Assembly (NCBI RefSeq): GCF_964355755.1
Contig: NC_092675.1
Coordinates: 26,756,912-26,820,911 of the forward strand
Direction of reading: 5' to 3'
DNA length: 64,000 nucleotides
Origin: Antedon mediterranea
Lineage: Eukaryota; Animalia; Echinodermata
Below are positions 26,701 to 38,700 of the stretch, in pieces. A program made the position numbers and the translations under genes. The first letter of the stretch is position 1. Each line of letters opens with the position of its first letter. The notes below the pieces were generated by a model. It saw nothing but the letters and a program-made list of their open reading frames with translations, was not told the DNA's origin and made no database searches.

Positions 26701-29700
26701 GGTCGGAAAATGCGAGTTGCGAGTCGGAAAATGCGAGTTGCGAGTCGGAAAATGCGAGTTGCGGGTCGGAAAATGCGAGTTGCGGGCCGGAAAATGCGAG
26801 TTGCGGGTCGGAAAATGCGAGTTGCGGGTCGGAAAATGCGAGTTGCGGGTCGGAAAATGCGAGTTGCGGGTCGGAAAATGCGAGTTGCGGGTCGGAAATT
26901 GCAAAAATAATTTTTCAAGGAGGTCGTACCATCCAAAAAAATAATACATGAACCAAACAATCAGTAAATAAATTACAATTTAAATTTTGTTTAGTTTTTT
27001 TCATATTGTGACCTGTTTAACAATTATAGACTAGTGATTCGAAATAGGTAGGTGAAATGAAGTTGTATTTTAGTTGTTGTTCAACGCGATGATCAAATAT
27101 ACAACACTTTTTAATTTTAATTTTTTATTTGATTATGTTTTTCCTTTGTAATGTATTATATGATGAATGTAATGGATGGTTGAAATGAACTTATTTTGTA
27201 TTTCAACACAAAACAATTATGTTATTGATACTTTATATTTTGAAATAATATAATTGTAAATATAGTAGATTAAAGTTATTATTTAATTTGTTTGCAATTA
27301 CTGATAATGATACAATTACTAATAATGATACAATAAATTATGTACATGTATTTTTGCCTTGTTAAATGAGAAAATAATAATAAATTGGTAAGAAAAACTC
27401 ACATTAAAAAGTACAGTTTGTATTGTTTACAGTATTTAGGTAAGATGATTAATGATGATTAAAAACAGACATGATGGTTGGAGTCATTAGTACTACTTTG
27501 TATTTATTTGTATTTTTGTATTTTGTATTAATATTTGTCCTCAGTGAGGAAATTCGGATTAGGCCCTCCACGGACCCACGGCAGCCAGCACCTACCAGAT
27601 TAGGCAATGAGAGTAAAGCATCTTGCCTAAGGATGCAATTAGTATGGTACAGATAACCTCGAACCCATGCCTATCACATGCTAGTCCGATATTACCATTA
27701 CACCATCACTCTCCAGTATATACAGCACCCGCCACGATTTCTAGACGGTCTCCCATCCAGAACGCAACCGGGCCCAACGTTGCTTAACTTCGGTCCCATA
27801 AACAGGGCAAGGAAACACATACCATACCTACAGATAATGGTCAAATTTTCAAAGCTATATTATTTTCTTAGAATCATAGTCAATTCTTTATGTTTATAAT
27901 ATTTTTTTGTTAAACATTTTCAGACAAACTGTACATAGATACATATAAATACATATGAATACAAAAAAAAAGAGAAGAAATACACAGTTTATTATGTGTA
28001 ACACCCATCAGCAAATCATGGAGAGGACCAATTAATGTATCTATTGAAATATAGTGCATCTCTCCAATTAAAATACATTCTGGAATCTAACCATATATTC
28101 ATAATCTACATTTTGTTTGCTTTTCATAATTTTGGAAAGAAGACTGTAAATTGTCAACCTAAAAAATTCATAAGAAGATGGAATATTGTTTTCTACAAAT
28201 AATTTTCTCTGACTTAGATATCGGATTGTCAACAACAACATGCGGAATAAACACAAATACATGCTTTAGTATGTACACGTACAGTACAGTAGGCATCTGT
28301 CAAATGTACTATGTGTATTTAAAGTAACTTTAGCAGGGTACAGATTTAAATACTGAAATCACTGGTTTGTTTTTAGAGAAAATATAACTTATAACTAAGA
28401 TAATTCAAATTTACTTGAATTGAATTGTTGAATTTAGGTGACAATAATCATTGATCTGCGCCCACAATTACATAGGAGAAGGAATTATTATTACTTATAT
28501 ACAGTATTGTTTGATGAAATGTGTGATACAGTAGGTGAAATGAAGTTGTATTTTAGTTGTTGTTCAACGCGATGATCAAATATACAACACTTTTTAATTT
28601 TAATTTTTTATTTGATTATGTTTTTCCTTTGTAATGTATTATATGATGAAATAAAAAAAAAAAAAAAAAAAAAAAAATATACAACACACTAAGAATGTAA
28701 AATTAAACTGTACATTTTGTATTGCAAGTGAAAAGATGCAGTAGAGTCGCATATAAAAAAACACTTGATCCTCAAATAAATGAATACCGTACACAGAATA
28801 CATTAGAAAGTACTGGAATCAACACAGTGTTGCTTGCTTATGAATTGGTTAAACTGACTGATTAAATGAGGAGATTGCACCCTTATTTATATCTTATTGA
28901 TATATGGGGGTGTCAATTATGACTTCATCGCATAACTTAGAGATGAGAATAGTTAGTTTTTAGATGAAACTTAAATGACATCATCATCTTTAAGAAGAAA
29001 TTATAGATGACATCATACCAACTTTAAGTCACAATCCCTTATTTGGTATAGTACACAACAAGTGTCCATGACAGGTAAATGTCATAACATAATGGGCCCT
29101 TTGGGAGTACCTAGTACAAAAGTCTGCATAGTGTAGTGCTGACTTATACAAGTAATAATATGTTAACAATTATATGAAAATGATTGTGTAAATAATAAAG
29201 TTAAAAGTAAAGTCTAAAAGTAAAAATGCATTAAAAATCATGTGGTGGGCTAAACTGTCAGGCTTCTTATATTTATTAGTAGGTAGCAGACACAAATCTA
29301 CAATGTGGACCTTTATCAAAGCAGTCATTAATTGTTTTAGTAAAAGATACCTGCCCCAGGGTGTGAGTTAATTGCTTCATGGAGACCATGATTAAGAATT
29401 CATTATCTTTTAAACCTACCACCAACCCCACCTCAGCTTCTCCTCCCAACCAAGATCCACATACCATACATCCCTGAGATGGTTCAAATGTAGTAAATTT
29501 TAAATCAGATTATTTGATACAACATTACCTCTAAATGCCAGTATTTCCTTATACATGAACATTCAAACAAACAAAAATAAGCGAGTTAAAAAAAATCTGC
29601 GAGTTAAAAAAAAATCTGCGAGTTAAAAAAAATCTGCGAGTTAAAAAAAATCTGCGAGTTAAAAAAAAATCTGCGAGTTAAAAAAAAATCTGCGAGTTAA

Positions 29701-32700
29701 AAAAAAATCTGCGAGTCAAAAAAAAATCTGCGAGTTAAAAAAAAATCTGCGAGTTAAAAAAAAATCTGCGAGTTAAAAAAAAATCTGCGAGTTAAAAAAA
29801 AATCTGCGAGTTAAAAAAAAATCTGCGAGTTAAAAAAAAATCTGCGAGTTAAAAAAAAATCTGCGAGTTAAAAAAAAATCTGCGAGTCAAAAAAAAATCT
29901 GCGAGTTAAAAAAAAATCTGCGAGTTAAAAAAAAATCTGCGAGTTAAAAAAAAATCTGCGAGTTAAAAAAAAATCTGCGAGTTAAAAAAAAATCTGCGAG
30001 TTAAAAAAAAATCTGCGAGTTAAAAAAAAATCTGCGAGTTAAAAAAAAATTTGCGAGTTAAAAAAAAAATCTGCGAGTTAAAAAAAAATCTGCGAGTTAA
30101 AGACAAATCTGCCAGTTACAAAACAAATCTGCCAGTTACAAAACAAATGCTTGATTTAAAAACATAAATGTTATATATTTATCAGTTACAATTGGATAAC
30201 CCTTCTCTTTTAACATTTTGGTGAGCCACTGAGTGTTCATTTCGATTTTAATCTTTTGGATTTTGAACTCTTTACTTTGTTTTGTTTTTGTCTGATGAAA
30301 TAAATGAAAAAATATACATATTTGAAAATTCTCACTCTGTTTATATATATATGTGTGTGTGTGTGGGGGGGGGGGGGGGTGGTATTAAGGTGGCACATAA
30401 GGAGATACTGGCATGTTTGCATTAGTAGTTATTATTTGTTTTTTGTACTAAAAACAAGTTAAATTAAATCAATGGCAATCACATAGATAAAAGAAGATAA
30501 AAGTAAGAGATAAACTGGTCACTCATCTGCAAACAATAATAAATCAAAAGGTATTATATTCCATTTTAAATTACTTGAGATTGTTTTACAATGGACCTAA
30601 GAGAGTCCTCCCAACCAACACCAACTCCTTCAAATGTAGTAAATTTTAAATCAAAGTAGATTATTTTGATACCTCACTACCTTAAATGCATGCCAGTATC
30701 TCCTTATATGCACACTTTACCCTGCACCCTTAAAAAGCTTCCGTCCATCCATGTACAAATTCCGGTTATCACTATCATCACTTTATCTCTCTTCTGCCAG
30801 AGAAAATCCAGAAGAATAGTGTTCAGAACATTCAGAATACAGATACAGGTAGTGGACTGCACTAAACACTTTAAGCATGTCAAAACACGGGTGTTTCGAA
30901 ACTAGACCCGAGACCAGAGACCAGAGACCCGAGACCCTATACGAAAAGGGAGACCCCACTATACGAAAAGGGAGACTCCACTATACGAAAATGGAGACCC
31001 CACTATACGAAAAGGGAGACCCCACTATACGAAAAGGGAGACCCAAATATACGAAAAGGGAGACCCAAATATACGAAAAGGGAGACCTAAATATACGAAA
31101 AGGGGTTGTATGGGGTAAAATCATATGTTACGGGCTCTTGGCCTATACTCATCTCGTGGAGTTTTTGCCTGAGAAACAGTGTTTCTTCACCAAGTGAATC
31201 TAATCTAGGCCTACCTCCAGTGCTTAGCCTAGAACTGTAGTAAGCACTGACTTAACTAAAACATAAACAAGTTGAGCATTCAGAAACAAATAATGCTAAA
31301 GTGAATAATAAAAAAATATTGTAAGCAGTGTAAAGAAAATAATTAAATTTCTTGCCATTGTCATATATGCCACAATAGGTTAATTTTGGTGATCATTCTA
31401 CACTATGTACAGAGTCTACACACCTGGGTGGGTTGTATCATGTCGCACTGGTCGCACATATGCGAGCAAAAATGCAGATCAAATATAATGATTAATTGTT
31501 TCATATCACATGCTCAGGCAATTTGTTTCTAACATCCACAATACAACCCACTCTATTTTGTTTAGGTAGGACTGGTGTATTTGACCCGCAACTCGCGTTT
31601 TTCGACTCGCAACTCGCGTTTTTCGACCCGCAACTCGCGTTTTCCGACCCGCAACTCGCGTTTTCCGACCCGCAACTCGCGTTTTCCGACCCGCAACTCG
31701 CGTTTTCCGACCCGCAACTCGCGTTTTCCGACCCGCAACTCGCGCTTTCCGACTCGCAACTCGCGCTTTCCGACTCGCAACTCGCGCTTTCCGACTCGCA
31801 ACTCGCACTTTCCGACTCGCAACTCGCACTTTCCGACTCGCAACTCGCACTTTCCGACTCGCAACTCGCACTTTCCGACTCGCAACTCGCACTTTCCGAC
31901 TCGCAACTCGCACTTTCCGACTCGCAACTCGCACTTTCCGACTCGCAACTCGCACTTTCCGACTCGCAACTCGCACTTTCTGACTCGCAACTCGCACTTT
32001 CCGACTCGCAACTCGCAACTTGCATTGAAGTAACACTCCTTCCTTTTAGTGTATTTTTGGTGTCTGTCCATGCATTACTTCAATGTCAATTTGATGTATT
32101 CCAAAAATAATTTTATTTACAAACTAAATATCATTATAATGTTACAATTGTCTATGTCTGGCCTTTACTCCTTGTCATCTGGCCAATTCAAACAGTATTT
32201 AGAAATGTTGTGGCGATCATTTTGGGAAATACTGTAATTCCTAGTCGAAGAGGATTTTATAAACGGAGAGGCTATAATACAATGTACATTTGATTCAGGA
32301 ATCCAACAACAGTCTTCTTTGGACAGCCAATAAAAGGTTTTCGCTGGCCCATGAGGATGCATAAATTTAATTTGATAATCCCCAAACTCTTCTGAGACAT
32401 CCACAACCAAACCAATCCATGGGACACCATCATAACTACAGCACACAAAATTCTGAAGTCTAATAATGGTGGGTTGTGTATCAGCAACAATTTAATTTTC
32501 ATCACTGAAAGATTCTTGAATCACAACCACATCCGGAGGGTTTATCTGGGTACTAAGTTTGTAGACCTGCATCTGTGCCAGAGAAACAGGAGCAAAGCGA
32601 TGATATTGTAATGTACCCTTGATGGTCTGGGTGAGGTTGAATCTTGGCTTTATTTCTTTTTCCACAGTAGATACCTCATCTATTCCCACATGAAAAAAGT

Positions 32701-35700
32701 TGATGCCTGGAATGTCCATATGAGCGAGTCATATGGCCGAGCGGTTAAGGCAGGGGTGCCGTTTACCGTACCTAAAGAGCCAAGAACAACATCGGCAAGG
32801 GTTCGAGGCCGACTCGCTCCTAGTTCTGGTGGTGGAACAAGTCTTCTCGGATAAGGACTATAAACCGTAGGTCCAGTGTACACAGTTATAACCTGTGTGT
32901 ACTTTAAAGAACCCAGTTCATTATTCGAAAAAGAGTAGGGGTTACCCCAGTGAACTGGTTCACACAATAGCCCCTGTATCAGGGGGATTACCACCTATCT
33001 GATAGGACACTGATTAGTTCACTATTGGTAATCCTTGGCCACATTGCCTAAAGACATAAAATAAAAATTAAAAATTACACAGTAGTCGAACATACTGAGA
33101 GATGTGAGAATATGACATTCAGTCAAACGCTGTAAGCTTCTCTTAGTGACAAGCCTCTTAACTGTTCCACCTATGCCATCACATGCACTCTTGCCATGTG
33201 ATGTAGCGAAAAAATTCCACTCGGCGTCTAAACCAAAATCTTCCTGGTGGTGGCAAAGGTTAATAAAGTTATATTTGTTTTTGCATTGGCTGCCACATCC
33301 ATCTGTGAAATAATGAACTTTTTTCATGGTTGGTAGTTTTGTTTTTAAATAGGGGATGACAACCTTTAAAAAGGCCTATACAGTTAACTGTTGTATGTTC
33401 TCTGCAATCACTTATTATGCATATGTTAATGTGCATAATAACATAGTAAGGACACTAAACTATGTGTCAAAATTGATTTGAAAAGTATGTGAGTTACCCA
33501 GTATTTCTCATATCAAAATATATCTACTGTTTAAGTGGGCCTGATGAGAAAGCGTAACAATAAGACACCTTAAGCGTTAGTGTTCACACTGTGTATAAAG
33601 TATAACAACACCAAAAATACACTAAAAGGAAGAGGTATGTCAACTTCAAATTGTAATTTCATGGAAACAAACAAAAAAACCCCTCCAATTTTTTTATATG
33701 TTGTAGTTGACACGTAGGGCTACATTTTTCGTGATAGTCACCAACAAATCGGGCGTGTTCCACGGGGTCAATTTCAAGGTCAAAATATATGTCAAAGTTT
33801 TATTCAACTTAAAATTAACATAAAACACACACAATTAGTATATTTAGGTTCCTTATGGTCTCCCCTTTACAAAAATACCTTTGTTTTTAAAATCGAACCT
33901 ATAGTTCCCGAGATACAGCTCTTTGAAACGTGGCGGCCGCGCCTTTTTTTGCGTAAAAAACGAAAATTTAAATTGCGATATCTCAAAAACCGTTGGTCCG
34001 ATAAAGTTAAAATTTGAAATTTTGGCTTTAATTGCTATGAATCACCCATATACCAAATTTCATCAAAATTGGAAGAGGTAGGGTTTAAAATTCCATTTTT
34101 TTTGGGTGAACTGAGATGGAATGACCCAATATCGACGAAGGGATGAACATTTAAAAAATAAAATAACTAACTATTCCATAATATATAATACTGAAGCTTT
34201 ATATCATGTTCATTCAGGAAAAAAAACCACTCTTGATGTAATTAAATTATAATAATTATATCATTACTATACTGTTGTAGAGAAACCTCAAAAGTAATCA
34301 TAGTATAGTGTATCCTAGCAACAGAATGAGAGTTGATAAACCTTATACAGTAGTATGGTTATTTAATTGCAAGATGGCCTTTAGTTTCAATTATTTCTCA
34401 TAGTTTAATCAATGCTTTTATGCATTCAAATGACTGTTCACAGTTAATTTATATCAATTATCATAATAAACAGAATTTCCTAAACATATCCAATACCCTA
34501 GGAACTCATGCATACGATTAAACCATAACAATTCTGCAGGCTCAATAGACATCTAATTTACTGAAAATTATTTAAAAACTTTTATAGAACCATCATACCA
34601 AAATAGAGGTTGATATACTGTACGGTAGTCATCATACATTTTCTAATCAAGTAATTTGTATGATAAAAGAGTTGCATTTGCTTTTAATTAAAAAGATTAT
34701 TAGAAAAAGGCCAGTCTACTGTATAACGGCAAGGAGAAAATTTCCCCTTCACAATTCAATGTGTTGATATTGGGTTGCAGGGAATATTGCATTTTCCTTG
34801 GGACAGGCCAAGGAAGTTAAATACGAATTTCACCTTGGTCATTTCCATAAAACAGTGCCGTAGCCGTGAGAATTAAAGTAGTGCAGTTGTCGCATCAAGA
34901 GGGAACAATACATTCATTGTTGTAAACATACAATTTTAGCATAGTATTAGTTATTAAATATGGAGACAATTTATTCTATGTTTTAATTCAACAAACGAAT
35001 GTTTTATACTTTAAATAAAATAGCAACACACTCACAGTCACACACACAAACAAAACATTAACATAACAATAGCACCTTTGCAACAGACCTGATTAATTAT
35101 ACCATCGTATTGACTGTTTGATACCACTACATACAATAACACTAGTGTATATTACAGTAAATGATATCCTATTGTTCTTAATTTTTCAACTAACTAAACA
35201 CCAATGAAAGATATTGAATTTATTCAATTAAAACCAACAAAAGTGTTGGTGTTTTAGCATACAAACATTGTCTGTTTTAATGTTTTGTCAAGTAATTCCC
35301 ATGAGGCAGCCAATATGTAATGAACAAAATGAGCTTACTTGCCAACCTCCATGGATCTTAGTTAGAAAATGTTAGACTACTATTACTACAGTCTCCTGTC
35401 CTCAAGTCAATTACACAAATTACATGGGCGCCTAAAATCTTTAACAGCAAGAAATACCTTGATGTATGCCAACAATAGAATTGATTGTTCAATAACATTT
35501 CTTCATCAACACACAATTGTTACGCCAATATTTGTATAAATTCTGGTAATTAGGATGCTTTATTATTGATTAATTCTTAGATTAAACAAAATACACAAAA
35601 TCTCGTGATAATTTTCCCTGTATACATATATCCTGAACAAACAGAGTAACACAAAGTAAATATTTGATATTGGTTTCAAGTCTCTAAAATACAATCTGAA

Positions 35701-38700
35701 AGAACTACAAGCAACGCGTGTAAACACAAATGCACTTGTGTTCAATCCAAAAGTAAATTAATGATTAGGTACTTAATTTTAAACTTAATTTGTGTCAATT
35801 GATCAAGCTAATAGTATCGCATAAACAACAACACGGAAACAAAGAAATTTTTTTTTCTTCAAGTAAGCAATATTTGTTGTCACAGGAAGAAACTCGTCTA
35901 ATTAATATACCCATCATGCCATCACAATGGCTAAAAGACTAAAGGGGGGGGGGGGAGAAGGGGACTTTCAGTTCAGACATACTTTTCACACATCCTTGAA
36001 AGAAAAAAGGTTTTGTGTGTACTTGGCCGAGATTTGTTGAGACTGGAGAAACTTGGCAGAAAATACGGTTTTACATTCGGCAAATAATGCCTTCACAATA
36101 AAAAAAAATCAGGAAAGGGGGGGGGGGGGGAAGACTAGGACTTTGAGTATTTCATGAAATTATAATTAATTTACCAGTATCAATTAAGCTCTCATTTCAG
36201 AATCATGCTTTTCACTCCCTTAAAAGAAAAATAGGTTTTGTGTAAATGGCTGAGATTTGTTGAGACTGGAGAAACTTGGCAGAAAATATGGTTTTACATT
36301 CGGAAAATAGATTAGGAAGAATTAAAACAGCTAGTATTGATAGTCTTATGGTTTAGGAGATGGAGTAACATATTTCAGGATGGTACTAATAGGCCTATAG
36401 AATGAGTGACATGTATGCTACAGCTGCTATGAAATCATGAAATAGGTGTAAATCTTTCAGTAATGAACTGCTGTACTTTTGACAAATAACCTGTAATTAA
36501 TTTTTTATTCAGAATATTAATAAAATACAGTTTTAGGTCAAAGAATGTAAAACGAAAAATTACAAACAAAAAAAATTTACATAAAAGTATACCTACACAG
36601 ATAATACAGTTCCTAAGCAGCATAAAGAATCACTCTGGCACGAGGATGAGGTCGGAGGTCGTCCTTTTACACTTCCTCTAGTATTAAACCTTTGCTGAAA
36701 ACCTAAGCCAAGATCCTTTGAATGTAAAGTCATCATCAATGATTTTACAAGAGACATGGAAAAATACTTGTCAAAAATCACCAATTCAAAATAAAATGCA
36801 ACATATCACAGTTTGCATGATTTACCGTAGTTCGACGCCAAGAAATTCATTTTACCGACATAACCTACTCGCAATGCTCCAACTAATATCCTCATTAAAT
36901 TTATGTTCCTGTAATATCCTGAATAGCAAAAAACCATAAAATTGTTCGATCTAAATTCATGATCTATAAACCAAGCCTGCGAATTATTACGTGTATATTA
37001 TTAGTTGACAATGTATTCAACGATGGAAATAGAAAGTCGTTGTGACTAAGAAATGAGATGGAGTATAATACAATGAAGTATTTCATGTATAATCATCAGT
37101 TTTCTCACAATAAATATATGTCACCATTGAATAGAAGTATATATGCTATTAGGCTTTACTTGCCTAATTATGTGAGTAACAACATTTAATCCAAACATTT
37201 CAGCATCGTTAATGTTAATATAAGTCGCAATGTAGTACAGAATTCAGAATATTAAATTTATCCATCACCATAACATTCTATAAAACTATAAAAAGTAGCT
37301 CCAATTCAATCAATATTAAATGAGAACGCACTTTTGCAAAGTTTTGAAAACGAGAAAAAAAATAAAACAAACAGATGAAGTAGACATCTTCTACTGTTGT
37401 AGTTCAACTTCTAAAAAAATTAATGTGCTTGTTTATTTGTTTGTAGTTGATCCAACATGGTAAAATAGGCAAATCAGTAAAGTACAGTTCACATCATGTT
37501 GATGGTAGACTTTGCATCCAAATTCACTTTTTCCATCTTGACAACAAAGACAAACAAAAAAACAAGATTCTTCTAATGTTTCTCTTCACATCGATTGTTA
37601 AATAATATGTGACAAAGTTTAACCAATGACTTCAGTTTTACTTTAAATTCTAAGAATTTATCCCAAATAAATCCATAACCATCTGTTTTTACTTGGAGAT
37701 ACTACTACTGTATCACTTTTGGACCTTTCAAAACATAGTAATCCATGTATTTGCATCTGATATTTTGGTTTACACCTATATACAGTACTGTAGGTTAAAA
37801 CTAAAAATCTATTTGATGTTTCGACAGTGCACTATGTACGTGCACAAATATTATAAATGATTCCAAGGCCACGTTTCCTCTTTCCATTTTCTAAAAGGCA
37901 GTATTATTGATATTTTTCTACTGTACTTTATCTTTATTTCAATTCATTGGCTAATAACAAAGGCTACACTTGTGCATGAAGTAACAGCAATAACAAACCA
38001 ATGCACCAATTACTTTTGCTTCTTAGCTGCTATGGTGACATACGTTAACTAACACCCACGTGCGAATGTTGAAATAAGTCGGCAACACGCTTGCACAATA
38101 GGTCGGCACGTTAACAAGGATGTGTAATTGATGATACCTAACGATTAAGAAGTCTCAAGTACATATTGCTCGTATAAAACAATTGATGTCAGTAGTGAAC
38201 TTAAATGCTTTATTGCGTAGTTATCTCAAGTTTAATAATGACTGCGATGCAAGTATTTCGGTCAAGTATGATTGCACAAATTCATATGTACTCAGCTTGT
38301 CTTATTGATACATTATTCAATTTTCTTATGTCGTTAAGTCTGTTGTAGCATCAGAAAAACAACATTTAGGTTATACAGTCACTCAGAAGGGATGGCCAAT
38401 TGACATGAAATTGATATCAATTGGTATCAAAAATTGGCAAAATACCTACATTCAAAATATGTTTCTTCCTTGAGGAAATAAGAAATTTTCTAAAATTTTA
38501 AACGTCAAAAATTATCTGAAAAATCATTTGCAAAATAACTAGAACACATGTCGGTCTTGAACATGGAGGTGAGCTACCGCTAAATTCTTCTTTTCGTAAT
38601 TGTTTCGCACTTCGTGGAAAAGGGCTTATGTCGTGTTTATCCAGGTAAGCAGGCACGATATAGACTGATTAATTTTCATAGCATATTCACTTGTTTTATT

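Larger units (their letters stand above)
26354..32038. mobile_element. Foldback/MULE-like element with tandem-array TIRs
   Basis: 9-bp TSD CTTCCTTTT (26345-53 / 32039-47); termini gagggtttcttttctgcgagttgcgag versus revcomp gagtgttacttcaatgcaagttgcgag; removing it restores the Sola2 TIR. Confidence 0.85.
25858..34127 (-). mobile_element. Sola2 DNA transposon, internally deleted, with nested insertions
   Basis: ~500-bp near-identical TIRs (25858-26353 and ~33612-34127) starting GGGTCATTCC; 4-bp TSD AATA (25854-57 / 34128-31); transposase remnant. Confidence 0.9.

Noticed and set aside
26213-26960. Long ORFs in several frames (CELRVGK, TRNSHFP, SENASCG repeats); same at 31496-32110
   Set aside because: By-products of a stop-free 21-bp tandem unit; no domain or splice support
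29581-30147. CRISPR-like appearance of the regular arrays
   Set aside because: No unique spacers, no cas genes, eukaryotic context
30720-30885. Exon-like minus-strand segment inside the Foldback element (possible captured fragment)
   Set aside because: No recognisable protein similarity by eye and no clear acceptor
32680-32994. 104-aa minus-strand ORF inside the transposase region
   Set aside because: Mostly antisense read-through of the inserted SINE; only flanking fragments are transposase
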